DNA of 64,000 bases from an uncultured Burkholderiaceae bacterium. Lineage in GTDB: Bacteria > Pseudomonadota > Gammaproteobacteria > Burkholderiales > Burkholderiaceae_B. Below, in pieces: positions 1-11,004 of the stretch (positions are counted from its first letter, which is position 1; each line of letters begins with the position of its first letter). The stretch spans positions 2,272-66,271 of the forward strand of contig CAZKBT010000008.1 in the NCBI GenBank assembly GCA_964551305.1, read 5' to 3'. The position numbers and the translations under genes were made by a program. Under the pieces are notes generated by a model. That model worked only from the letters and a program-made list of their open reading frames with translations, searched no databases and was not told where the DNA came from.

Positions 1-1214
1 CGCGGCTGTTTTGCGACTGGCTGGCGTCTTTCACGTTCTGGGGCTGGCAGATTGTCATCGTGGCGGCCGTGATCACCTTGCCTCTGGGTTATACCTCGTC
101 CAAGGAATACGCCGAGCTGGAATGGCCCATCGATATCCTGATCACCCTGGTCTGGGTGGCGTTCGCCGTGGTGTTCTTCGGCACCATCGTCAAGCGCCGG
201 GTGAAGCACATCTACGTGGCCAACTGGTTTTTCGGCTCGTACATCCTGACCATCGCCTTGCTGCATATCTTCAACAACCTGGCGCTGCCGGTTTCCTGGT
301 TCAAGTCCTACTCCGCCTATGCCGGGGTGCAGGACGCCATGGTGCAGTGGTGGTACGGCCATAACGCCGTCGGCTTCTTCCTTACGACGAGCTTCCTGGG
401 CATGATGTACTACTTCGTTCCCAAGCAGGCCGGGCGTCCCATCTTCTCCTATCGCTTGTCCATCGTCCACTTCTGGGCGCTGGCGTTCACCTACATGTGG
501 GCTGGTCCGCACCATCTGTTGTTCACCTCGCTGCCCGATTGGACCCAATCCCTGGGCATGACGTTCTCGCTGATTTTGCTGGCTCCGTCCTGGGGCGGCA
601 TGATCAACGGCATCATGACGATGTCGGGCGCCTGGCACAAGCTGCGCACCGACCCCATCCTGAAGTTCCTGGTGGTCGCCTTGTCGTTCTACGGCATGGC
701 CACGTTCGAGGGATCGATGATGTCCATTCGCACGGTCAACGCCCTGTCGCACTACACCGACTGGACGATAGGCCACGTGCACTCCGGCGCGCTGGGCTGG
801 GTCGCCATGATCACTTTCGGCTCGCTGTATTACCTGATTCCCCGCCTGTACGGCCGTACGAGCATGGCGAATATGAAGCTGGTCGAGCTTCATTTCTGGG
901 TCGCCACCCTGGGCGTCGTGCTGTACATCGCCGCGATGTGGATCGCCGGCGTGATGCAGGGGATGATGTGGCGCGCCACCGGCCCGGACGGCATGTTGAC
1001 CTACAGCTTCGTGGAAGCCGTGCGGGCGACCTATCCCTTCTACGTCATTCGCCTGTTGGGCGGCGCGCTCTTTCTGAGCGGCGTGGTGATCATGGCCTGG
1101 AATACCTGGCTTACGGTCCGGCAGGGGCAGCAACGCGTGAACCCGACCGTGCCCCTTTATAGCCCTGATGCGCGCGATCCCGCGTTTATCGGTCCGGCAT
1201 CCGCAACGGCTTGA
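1..1214 (+). CDS. ccoN: cbb3-type cytochrome c oxidase subunit I (CcoN), 5' end outside the window
   Basis: Frame 3 is open from the window edge to TGA 1212-1214. It is a polytopic membrane protein with heme-copper oxidase motifs ([44 protein letters not shown]) and is followed by ccoO/Q/P. Confidence 0.93.
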   Translation, partial: RLFCDWLASFTFWGWQIVIVAAVITLPLGYTSSKEYAELEWPIDILITLVWVAFAVVFFGTIVKRRVKHIYVANWFFGSYILTIALLHIFNNLALPVSWFKSYSAYAGVQDAMVQWWYGHNAVGFFLTTSFLGMMYYFVPKQAGRPIFSYRLSIVHFWALAFTYMWAGPHHLLFTSLPDWTQSLGMTFSLILLAPSWGGMINGIMTMSGAWHKLRTDPILKFLVVALSFYGMATFEGSMMSIRTVNALSHYTDWTIGHVHSGALGWVAMITFGSLYYLIPRLYGRTSMANMKLVELHFWVATLGVVLYIAAMWIAGVMQGMMWRATGPDGMLTYSFVEAVRATYPFYVIRLLGGALFLSGVVIMAWNTWLTVRQGQQRVNPTVPLYSPDARDPAFIGPASATA

Positions 1215-1225
1215 GGATTGAAAAA

Positions 1226-1885
1226 ATGGCTGACAAGGAAAATCGCTTTTTCTCACACAAGACGCTGGAAAAGAACGTCGGTCTGCTGATGCTGTTCAGC
1301 TTTCTGGTCGTCACCTTCGCGGGCTTCGCGCAGATTCTGCCGCTGTACTTCCAACACTCGACCACCCAGCCGATTGAGGGCGTCGATCCCTACGAGCCGC
1401 TGGCGCTGATCGGGCGTGACATCTACGTGCGCGAAGGCTGTGTCGGCTGTCACTCGCAGCAGATACGCATGCTCAGCTCCGAGGTGCAGCGCTACGGTCC
1501 GTACTCGCTGGCCGGAGAATCGGTCTATGACCGGCCCTTCCTTTGGGGCTCCAAGCGCACCGGTCCGGACCTGGCGCGGGTCGGTGGGCTTTATACCGAC
1601 GATTGGCACCGTATCCACTTGCGCAACCCGCGCGACGTGGTGCGTGAATCCAATATGCCCGCTTATCCCTGGCTGCAGTTCGCCTCGGTGGCCAAAGCCG
1701 ACGTCCAGGAGCGCATGAAGGTATTGCGGCAGCTCGGCGTGCCGTACACCGACGAGCAGATCGAGAAGGCGCCCGAGCAGTTGCAGGGCAAGTCCGAAGA
1801 GGACGCCTTGATCGCCTACCTGCAGGGGCTGGGCCGCGCGGGCCGCGACGCCGCCGCCCAGGCCGTCGCCGCCGGAGGTAAGTAA
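1226..1885 (+). CDS. ccoO: cbb3-type cytochrome c oxidase subunit II, mono-heme (CcoO)
   Basis: ATG 1226 is preceded by AGGA. It has an N-terminal TM helix and a single CxxCH (CVGCHSQ), and sits directly after ccoN. Confidence 0.93.
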   Translation: MADKENRFFSHKTLEKNVGLLMLFSFLVVTFAGFAQILPLYFQHSTTQPIEGVDPYEPLALIGRDIYVREGCVGCHSQQIRMLSSEVQRYGPYSLAGESVYDRPFLWGSKRTGPDLARVGGLYTDDWHRIHLRNPRDVVRESNMPAYPWLQFASVAKADVQERMKVLRQLGVPYTDEQIEKAPEQLQGKSEEDALIAYLQGLGRAGRDAAAQAVAAGGK

Positions 1886-1887
1886 AC

Positions 1888-2094
1888 ATGGCCATCCTGA
1901 ATGCGATCGGCACTGTATTGGCATTCGTGACATTCATCGGAATCGTTTTCTGGGCGTTTTCGCGGGGCCGTAAAAAGGACAACGATGAAGCGGCGATGCT
2001 GCCTTTCGCCTTGCCCGACGAGGGCGAGGCCGGGGATGAGCAAGACGCGGCCGCCGACGGTACAACAAAAAGGGACGAAGAGGGCCTTAAATGA
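1888..2094 (+). CDS. ccoQ: cbb3 oxidase small subunit CcoQ
   Basis: 68-aa single-TM protein wedged between ccoO and ccoP, with an acidic tail. Its stop overlaps the ccoP start (ATGA). Confidence 0.8.
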   Translation: MAILNAIGTVLAFVTFIGIVFWAFSRGRKKDNDEAAMLPFALPDEGEAGDEQDAAADGTTKRDEEGLK

Positions 2095-3032
2095 GTGATT
2101 TCATAAATTCCTATTGGAGCCATTTCATCATCGCTCTCGCGGTGGGTGGGCTGATCTTCTGTCTCTGGCTGTTGTATTCCCAACGAGGCTGGCTCAAAAG
2201 CCACATCGATCAAGTCGAAGATACGGGACACGTATGGGACGGCAATCTGCGCGAGTTGAACAACCCCATCCCGCGCTGGTGGGTAGTGATGTACATCCTG
2301 ACCTGTGTCTTTACGGTGGGCTACTGGTATCTATATCCGTCCCTGGGGTCGATCCAGGGCGCTTTGGGCTATAGTAGCGCCGCCCAGGTCAAGCAGGAGC
2401 TGGACGCCTTGCGCGAGCAGGTCAAGCCTATCTTCGCCCGCTACCAAGGCATGTCCATACCGGAGATCGCGGCAGACACCGAAGCGCGCGGCATCGGGCA
2501 GCGCTTGTTCCTGAACCATTGCGCCCAATGCCATAGCTCGGACGCCCGCGGAGGCGCGGGTTTTCCGGACCTGACGGACAAGGATTGGCTGTACGGCGGA
2601 GAGCCCGAGCAGATCCAGACGACGATCACCAAGGGCCGCCATGGCGTCATGCCGGCCTGGAACGGTCAGATCAAGCCCGACGAAGCGGCGGACATCGCGC
2701 AGTACGTGCGCTCGTTGTCGGGCCTGGCCGCCGACGCGTTGCGCATCATTCCCGGAAAACGCGGATTCCAGACTTATTGCGTGGCTTGCCACGGCGTGGA
2801 CGGCAAGGGCAACCAGGCCCTGGGCGCCCCCAATTTGACGGACGACGTCTGGCTGTACGGCAGCTCCCAGGCCTCCATCGTCGACACCATCCTGAACGGC
2901 CGCGAAAACAGCATGCCCGCACAGGAAAACATCCTGTCCGAGGACCAGATCCGTATTCTTACCGCATGGGTTTGGGGATTGTCCAACAGTTCGGGTACGG
3001 CCGGTTCGGGCGCCGCCGTGTCGGCGCGCTAG
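2091..3032 (+). CDS. ccoP: cbb3 oxidase subunit III, di-heme cytochrome c (CcoP)
   Basis: N-terminal TM helix plus two CxxCH motifs (CAQCHS, CVACHG). Confidence 0.92.
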   Translation: MSDFINSYWSHFIIALAVGGLIFCLWLLYSQRGWLKSHIDQVEDTGHVWDGNLRELNNPIPRWWVVMYILTCVFTVGYWYLYPSLGSIQGALGYSSAAQVKQELDALREQVKPIFARYQGMSIPEIAADTEARGIGQRLFLNHCAQCHSSDARGGAGFPDLTDKDWLYGGEPEQIQTTITKGRHGVMPAWNGQIKPDEAADIAQYVRSLSGLAADALRIIPGKRGFQTYCVACHGVDGKGNQALGAPNLTDDVWLYGSSQASIVDTILNGRENSMPAQENILSEDQIRILTAWVWGLSNSSGTAGSGAAVSAR

Positions 3033-3045
3033 GACGTAATCCGCC

Positions 3046-4551
3046 ATGCTTGAAACGCCGTCCGAGGACACAACCGCCAATGCCGGGCCGGCGACCGATG
3101 CGCCGGCCTGGCAACCCGCCCAGATAAGCAGGACCAGGCCGGAACCTTCTCCGCATCTGGAGAAGGCGCTGGCCGACGTGCGCAGCAAGATCTATCCACG
3201 CGCCGTCACGGGGATATTCGCGCGTTGGCGCATCATCATGGTGGTGTTGACGCAGCTGATTTTTTACGGTCTGCCTTGGCTGCAATGGAACGGCCGGCAA
3301 GCGGTTCTGTTCGATCTGGGCGCGCGCAAGTTTTATCTCTTCGGCATGGTCCTGTGGCCGCAGGACGTCATCTACCTGGCGGTTTTGCTGGTCATTTCCG
3401 CGTTCTCGCTGTTTCTGTTCACGGCAATCGCGGGGCGACTTTTCTGCGGCTATGCCTGTCCGCAGACGGTCTATACGGAAATCTTCATGTGGGTGGAGCG
3501 CCGCATCGAAGGCGACCGGCTGGCCCGGATACGCCTGGACGAGCAACCCTGGAGCTGGCGCAAGCTGCGCATCAAGGCCGCCAAGCACATCGTCTGGATA
3601 CTGATCGCTTGGTGGACGGGATCGACGTTCATCGGCTATTTCTCGCCCATACGCGAACTCGGCATGGATTTGTTGAACCTCTCGCTCGGGCCGTGGCAGT
3701 GGTTCTGGATGGTATTCTATGCCGTGGCCACCTGGGGCAATGCGGGCTTTCTCCGAGAGGCCGTGTGCAAATACATGTGTCCCTACGCGCGTTTCCAGAG
3801 CGTGATGGTCGATAACGACACGATGGTCGTGACCTACGACTACGTCCGCGGCGAGCCGCGTGGAGGGCGCTCGCGCAAGATCGACCATAAAGGCGCGGGC
3901 ATGGGAGATTGCGTGGATTGCAGCATGTGCGTGCAGGTTTGCCCCACCGGCATCGACATCCGCGACGGCTTGCAGTACATGTGCATCGGCTGCGGCGCAT
4001 GCGTCGATGCCTGTGACCAGGTCATGGACAAGATGCACTACGACAAAGGCCTGATCCGCTATACGTCGGCCAATGCCATCGAGCAGGATCTGGATCAGTC
4101 GCAGGTCCGCAAGCGGGCCGTTCGGCCGCGCGTCCTGATTTACACCGCCTTGCTGGTGGCCATCGTCGGCGTGTTTCTCTATGCCTTGACCACGCGCGAC
4201 ACCTTGCGCGTCGACGTCATACGGGACAGAGGGGTGCTGGGCCGCGAGGTGGCCGGAGGCGTAATAGAGAATATATACAGGTTGCAGGTGATGAACGCCA
4301 CCGAACAGCCCATGCAGCTGACCGTCAGCGCCGGTGGCTTGCCGGACGTCAGCGTCACCCTGCCCGAGCAGCAGGGCGATAGCCTGACCATCGAGGCGGC
4401 GTCCAACCGCCTGGTGCCCATCGTCGTGCATGCGCCGGCCGGCGCGCTGGCGAGCGGCCTGCACGAGATAGAATTGGATGTGATCGGACGCCTGGAGGAC
4501 GGCAGTGTAGGCGTCGCGACGGAACGCACGACCTTTTTTGTTCCTAAATAA
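3046..4551 (+). CDS. ccoG: cytochrome c oxidase accessory protein CcoG (membrane polyferredoxin)
   Basis: TM helices plus two ferredoxin-type Cys clusters (CVDCSMCVQVCP, CIGCGACVDAC). It lies downstream of ccoNOQP. Confidence 0.9.
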   Translation: MLETPSEDTTANAGPATDAPAWQPAQISRTRPEPSPHLEKALADVRSKIYPRAVTGIFARWRIIMVVLTQLIFYGLPWLQWNGRQAVLFDLGARKFYLFGMVLWPQDVIYLAVLLVISAFSLFLFTAIAGRLFCGYACPQTVYTEIFMWVERRIEGDRLARIRLDEQPWSWRKLRIKAAKHIVWILIAWWTGSTFIGYFSPIRELGMDLLNLSLGPWQWFWMVFYAVATWGNAGFLREAVCKYMCPYARFQSVMVDNDTMVVTYDYVRGEPRGGRSRKIDHKGAGMGDCVDCSMCVQVCPTGIDIRDGLQYMCIGCGACVDACDQVMDKMHYDKGLIRYTSANAIEQDLDQSQVRKRAVRPRVLIYTALLVAIVGVFLYALTTRDTLRVDVIRDRGVLGREVAGGVIENIYRLQVMNATEQPMQLTVSAGGLPDVSVTLPEQQGDSLTIEAASNRLVPIVVHAPAGALASGLHEIELDVIGRLEDGSVGVATERTTFFVPK

Positions 4552-4578
4552 CCCAGACCTGACGAGCAGGAGATCTTG

Positions 4579-4815
4579 ATGACCCACGTTGCTACCACGC
4601 CGGCCGATGAGGCTCGGAGCAAGCCATGGTGGCGGGAGCCCTGGCCCTGGATATTGATGGCCGGCCCCGCGGCCGCCGTGATCGGTTGTATTATTACGAT
4701 CGTGCTGGCCGTGCAGACGTACGGCGACCAAGGCATCGATGACGGCGGCGTCAAGCGCGGCCTGGTCGTGACCAAGCAAAGTGTCGAGAGCCCGCCGGCC
4801 GCCGACGCGCGCTAA
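4579..4815 (+). CDS. small FixH-like membrane protein
   Basis: GCAGGAG lies 6 nt before ATG 4579. It has a single TM helix after KPWWREPWPW and follows ccoG, where fixH/ccoH-type genes usually sit. Assignment rests on position and motif only. Confidence 0.6.
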   Translation: MTHVATTPADEARSKPWWREPWPWILMAGPAAAVIGCIITIVLAVQTYGDQGIDDGGVKRGLVVTKQSVESPPAADAR

Positions 4816-4864
4816 AAGGCGGGCTTGCGCCGCTGCCCATAAAAAAGAAAAAGGAGATGACAGG

Positions 4865-5113
4865 ATGAAATGGCGTTCATGGATGCTGATTCTTTGGCCC
4901 TCATTCTTGATGGCCGGCGTGACCAGCGCGTTGGTGTTCGCCATGGTGGATCCCCTGGACGTCACGTTCTTCGGACACCTGGAGGCGGACCGGCAGCTCG
5001 TCTATGCGGGCGGTTTTTTTCTGTTCTGGATCATGGCGGCCTTGTCCAGCGCGTTGACCATTTTCATTGCGCCCCGCTCCAAGCGCGATATCGATCCGTT
5101 CCTGGAAGAGTAG
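4865..5113 (+). CDS. small two-TM membrane protein, function unknown
   Basis: AGGAG lies 9 nt before ATG 4865. There are two hydrophobic helices and coding-like third-position GC. Confidence 0.5.
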   Translation: MKWRSWMLILWPSFLMAGVTSALVFAMVDPLDVTFFGHLEADRQLVYAGGFFLFWIMAALSSALTIFIAPRSKRDIDPFLEE

Positions 5114-5137
5114 GGCGTGCGTCGGACAGCCCCTGCC

Positions 5138-5866
5138 TTATGCGCAATCCGTCAAGGCCAATTCTTGCAGTCCGTGCATGTCTAGTATACGGATTTCACG
5201 CTGCTGGATGCGTAGCAGGCCTTCCCGGGCAAAACGGGAAAAAAGCCGGCTGACGGTTTCCAGCGTCAGCCCGAGATAGTTGCCGATTTCTTCGCGGGTC
5301 ATGCGCAGCAGGAACTCGTTGGGCGAATAGCCCAGCGTCGCCAGTCTTTGGGACATGTTCAGGATGAACGCGGCTAGGCGCTGCTCCGAGCGCAACGAGC
5401 CTATGGCCATGAGCAGCTGGTGCGAGCGGTTGATCTCCTTGCTCATGAGACGGCGGAACTGATGTTGCAAAGCGGGCAGCTGCTGGGCGATGGCGTCCAT
5501 TTCATTGATCCGGATGACACAGACCTCGCTGTCTTCCAGCGCAATGGCATGCGATACATGCCTGCTTTCCAGCAAGCCGTCCATGCCGACGATTTCGCCG
5601 GGCAGGAGAAATCCGGTGATTTGCAATTGTCCCGAGCTGCCTTCCAATTGCGTTTTGATCGAGCCCGAGCGTATGCCGTATATGGCGTCCGCCCGATCGC
5701 CGATACCGTACAGCGCGCTTCCCTTGGGCAGTCGAATCCGTTCCTTGATCAGCTCATCGAGGCGCTCCACATCCCCGCGGGACATGCCGACGGGAAGGCA
5801 GACTTCATTCAGCATGCAGGTCGAGCAGCGTGTCGACTCGGATTGCACGGGGATTCTCTTTTGCAT
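5138..5866 (-). CDS. fnr: Crp/Fnr family oxygen-sensing transcription regulator (FNR type)
   Basis: N-terminal Cys cluster CSTCMLNEVC plus an internal Cys (SEVCVIR) is arranged as in FNR [4Fe-4S] ligands. It also has a cNMP-binding-like core and a C-terminal HTH (REEIGNYLGLTLETVSR). Confidence 0.9.
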   Translation of the reverse strand: MQKRIPVQSESTRCSTCMLNEVCLPVGMSRGDVERLDELIKERIRLPKGSALYGIGDRADAIYGIRSGSIKTQLEGSSGQLQITGFLLPGEIVGMDGLLESRHVSHAIALEDSEVCVIRINEMDAIAQQLPALQHQFRRLMSKEINRSHQLLMAIGSLRSEQRLAAFILNMSQRLATLGYSPNEFLLRMTREEIGNYLGLTLETVSRLFSRFAREGLLRIQQREIRILDMHGLQELALTDCA

Positions 5867-5944
5867 GGAATAAGGATTTGTAACCTAAAGTAATACGGCG
5901 TTTATCGATTTGCTCGGCTCATTGTAAGCCTTCTCGGGAAAAGT

Positions 5945-6853
5945 TCAGTTGGTCCGCCAGTAATCGGGGTCGCCGTAGCGTGATTTGAGCATGTCGATGA
6001 ACAGGCGGACCCGCAGCGGCAAATGTTTTCGCTCGGGCAGCATGGCAAATATCCCGTTGGCGGGCGCGGCATACTCGTCCAGCACGCTGACCAGGCGGCC
6101 GCCGGCCAGGTCCTCCCGTACTTCCCAGAGCGAGCGCCAGGACAGGCCGTGGCCCGCCAGCGTCCATTGATGAAGGACGGATCCGTCGCCGCAGGCCATG
6201 TTTCCTTTCACCCGGATGGCGCGCACGATCCCGCCTTGCTTGAGCAGCCAGCCTTTCGCCTGGTTGGTATGATTGCCGAAAACCAGGCAGTTGTGCTCCA
6301 GCAACTCTTCCGGCGTCCCGGGCCGTCCCCGGCGCGCAAGATAGTCGGGCGCCGCCACGATCACCCGCTGGTTGTCGGCCAGACGCAGGCCGATGAAGCG
6401 CGAATCGTCCAGATCGCCGATCCGAATCGCGCAGTCGTAGCGCTCTTCGATGAGGTCGACCAGCCGGTCGCTGAGATCCAGCGACACGATCACGTCGGGA
6501 TAGCTTGCCAGGAATTCGGGCAATAGCGGCGCCACGTGGCGCCTGCCGAATCCGGCGGGGGCGCTGATGCGCAAAGGGCCGCTGGGGCTGGCGCTGCCTT
6601 GCGCAATGCGGGCCTCGGTTTCGGCCAGGTCCAGCAAAATGCGCTGGGCCTGCTCCAGCAGCGCGCTGCCCTCGGAGTTCAGGGACAGGCGGCGCGTGGA
6701 GCGTGTCAGCAATTTGATGCCAAGGCGCGCCTCCAGGGCGTTCATGCGCCGGCCCATCATGGTCGGCGCGATGCCTTCGGCCCGGGCGGCGGCAGACAGG
6801 CTGCCCATCGTGGCGACGGCGACGAAGCTTTCCAGTTCCTTGAACTTATCCAT
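5945..6853 (-). CDS. LysR family transcriptional regulator
   Basis: N-terminal LysR wHTH (FVAVATMGSLSAAARAEGIAPTMMGRRMNALE) and a 302-aa substrate-binding-type C-terminal part. Confidence 0.88.
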   Translation of the reverse strand: MDKFKELESFVAVATMGSLSAAARAEGIAPTMMGRRMNALEARLGIKLLTRSTRRLSLNSEGSALLEQAQRILLDLAETEARIAQGSASPSGPLRISAPAGFGRRHVAPLLPEFLASYPDVIVSLDLSDRLVDLIEERYDCAIRIGDLDDSRFIGLRLADNQRVIVAAPDYLARRGRPGTPEELLEHNCLVFGNHTNQAKGWLLKQGGIVRAIRVKGNMACGDGSVLHQWTLAGHGLSWRSLWEVREDLAGGRLVSVLDEYAAPANGIFAMLPERKHLPLRVRLFIDMLKSRYGDPDYWRTN

Positions 6854-6904
6854 AGTCTATGTCGAAAAGCATGGACGCGCGGTGCGCCGCCCGGCCCGGT
6901 CGGC

Positions 6905-7243
6905 TCAATCTTTGAACAGCAGCGCGTGCAGTTTCGCCCGGATCTGCGCCAGTTCGGTCGGGCCGGCCTTGCTCTGGCGGCTGATTTTCGTGTTGGCCCA
7001 GTCCAGGCTTTTTACCTGGTCGGCCAGGGCGACCGCCGGCTCGGCGCTCTGCAAGGCGACTTCGAAAGGGTAGTGCTTGACTGCGGACGTGACGGCACAG
7101 CAGACGAAAAGACCGGTTCGCCGGTTGTATGCCGCCGGGCTGATGACGACCGCCGTTTTATGGTCGGACAGCCCGCCGCCGGCGGGTACGTCGAAATGCA
7201 CGCGAACGATGTCGCCGGTGTCGGGAATGTAGCGTTTGGTCAT
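6905..7243 (-). CDS. mazF: MazF/PemK family endoribonuclease toxin
   Basis: Alignable by eye along its length with E. coli MazF (RYIPDTGDIV..., HKTAVVISP, YPFEV, ALADQVKSLDW). It starts 16 nt after the mazE stop. An alternative GTG start is at 7249. Confidence 0.85.
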   Translation of the reverse strand: MTKRYIPDTGDIVRVHFDVPAGGGLSDHKTAVVISPAAYNRRTGLFVCCAVTSAVKHYPFEVALQSAEPAVALADQVKSLDWANTKISRQSKAGPTELAQIRAKLHALLFKD

Positions 7244-7258
7244 GATCACCCTGTTGGT

Positions 7259-7486
7259 TCAACCGGCGGCGCCGAAGTCGATTTCGGCGTGGACATTGCC
7301 AGCCTTGATGGCGCCGAGCAATTGCGACAGCAGGTATTCTTCGGAGCGGACGGGCTCGATGACGATGCGGCCGCGCTCCAGCGTCAGCTCCACGGTGTCG
7401 TCGATGTCGATTTTGAGTGATTTCATCATGGATGAGGGCAGGCGTACCGCCGCGCTATTCCCCCATTTCTTGACTGTGCTGCGCAT
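7259..7486 (-). CDS. mazE: MazE/AbrB-SpoVT family antitoxin
   Basis: This is the C-terminal tail of the long 7259..10210 shadow ORF. MRSTVKKWGNSAAVRLP...IVIEPV matches the MazE swapped-hairpin motif, and GGAG lies ~10 nt upstream of ATG 7486. Confidence 0.8.
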   Translation of the reverse strand: MRSTVKKWGNSAAVRLPSSMMKSLKIDIDDTVELTLERGRIVIEPVRSEEYLLSQLLGAIKAGNVHAEIDFGAAG

Positions 7487-7547
7487 GAGCGGCATCTCCT
7501 TCGTGAAAATCCTTTTCTGGCACAAGTTTATCAGGCCCTGCGACAAC

Positions 7548-7577
7548 CTTGAAATGGGGGTGTTTGTCCGCACATTA
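7548..7577 (+). promoter_or_regulatory. candidate sigma-32 heat-shock promoter for clpB
   Basis: CTTGAAA (7548-7554), 13 nt, then CCGCACAT (7568-7575). This approximates the sigma-32 consensus CTTGAAA-N13/14-CCCCATnT and lies ~45 nt upstream of the clpB ATG. Confidence 0.4.
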
Positions 7578-7621
7578 GAAGTATTCGAGCGTGTGCTCTT
7601 CAATTCATCGGTGGAATCGAT

Positions 7622-10213
<2,592 letters not shown>

Positions 10214-10246
10214 TGCCGAGCCTCTCGCCCGGGGCCTGACAAGGCG

Positions 10247-10285
10247 GAAAAAACAGGGTGCTTTGGAGCACCCTGTTTTATTTTT
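10247..10285. terminator. bidirectional intrinsic terminator between clpB and queH
   Basis: A-run, stem AACAGGGTGC / GCACCCTGTT (10252-10261 / 10268-10277), then TTTTATTTTT. Confidence 0.7.
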
Positions 10286-10973
10286 ACTCGCCTGGCGCCG
10301 AGTCAGGCCCGACGGATTGGATTTCGTCTTTGCCGTAGAACTTGATCCCGATCTTGATGCGGTCCCGCCCCTGCGCCCGGCGGTGCCGGTTGGTATCGCG
10401 CAAGGAATATACGCAGCCGCAGTATTCCTGCTGATAGAACGTTTCGCGCTTGCTGATTTCTATCATGCGGGCCGAGCCGCCGCCCTTGCGCCAGTTGTAG
10501 GTCCAATAGACGAGGCCTGGATAGCGGGCCGCCGCCCGTTCGCCGCAACCGTTGATCTGGTTCATGTCTTTCCAGCGGGATATCCCCAGCGAGCTGGAGA
10601 TCGTGTCGTAGCCATGTTCGTAGGCGTACAGGGCGGTGCGCTCGAATCGCATGTCGAAGCAGACGGTGCAACGCTCGCCGCGTTCGGGCTCGTTTTCGAG
10701 TCCGCGCACGCGCTCGAACCAGTTGTCGCGGTCATAGTCGGCGTCTATGAACGGAATATCGTGCTGTTCGGCATAACGGATGTTTTCGTTCTTGCGGATT
10801 TCGTATTCCCGGTCCGGGTGGATGTTGGGATTGTAGAAATAGATGGCGTAATCGATGCCCGATGCGGTCATGGCCTCCATGACTTCGCCCGAGCAGGGCG
10901 CGCAGCACGAGTGCAAAAGCACCTTCTTCCGGCTTTCCGGCAAGGTCAGTATGGGGCGTTTGAAATCGGTCAT
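10284..10973 (-). CDS. queH: epoxyqueuosine reductase QueH (DUF208)
   Basis: Motifs [19 protein letters not shown] and EYCGC are characteristic of the QueH family. Start taken at MTDFKRPIL (ATG 10973). Confidence 0.85.
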   Translation of the reverse strand: MTDFKRPILTLPESRKKVLLHSCCAPCSGEVMEAMTASGIDYAIYFYNPNIHPDREYEIRKNENIRYAEQHDIPFIDADYDRDNWFERVRGLENEPERGERCTVCFDMRFERTALYAYEHGYDTISSSLGISRWKDMNQINGCGERAAARYPGLVYWTYNWRKGGGSARMIEISKRETFYQQEYCGCVYSLRDTNRHRRAQGRDRIKIGIKFYGKDEIQSVGPDSAPGE

Positions 10974-11004
10974 GGCAGTAGGGGATTGGGTCAACCCTGG
11001 TATT

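Noticed and set aside
60-1214. ATG at 60 as the start of ccoN.
   Set aside because: The frame is open to the window edge and the protein would lack the N-terminal helices of CcoN. This is an internal Met; the gene is truncated by the window.
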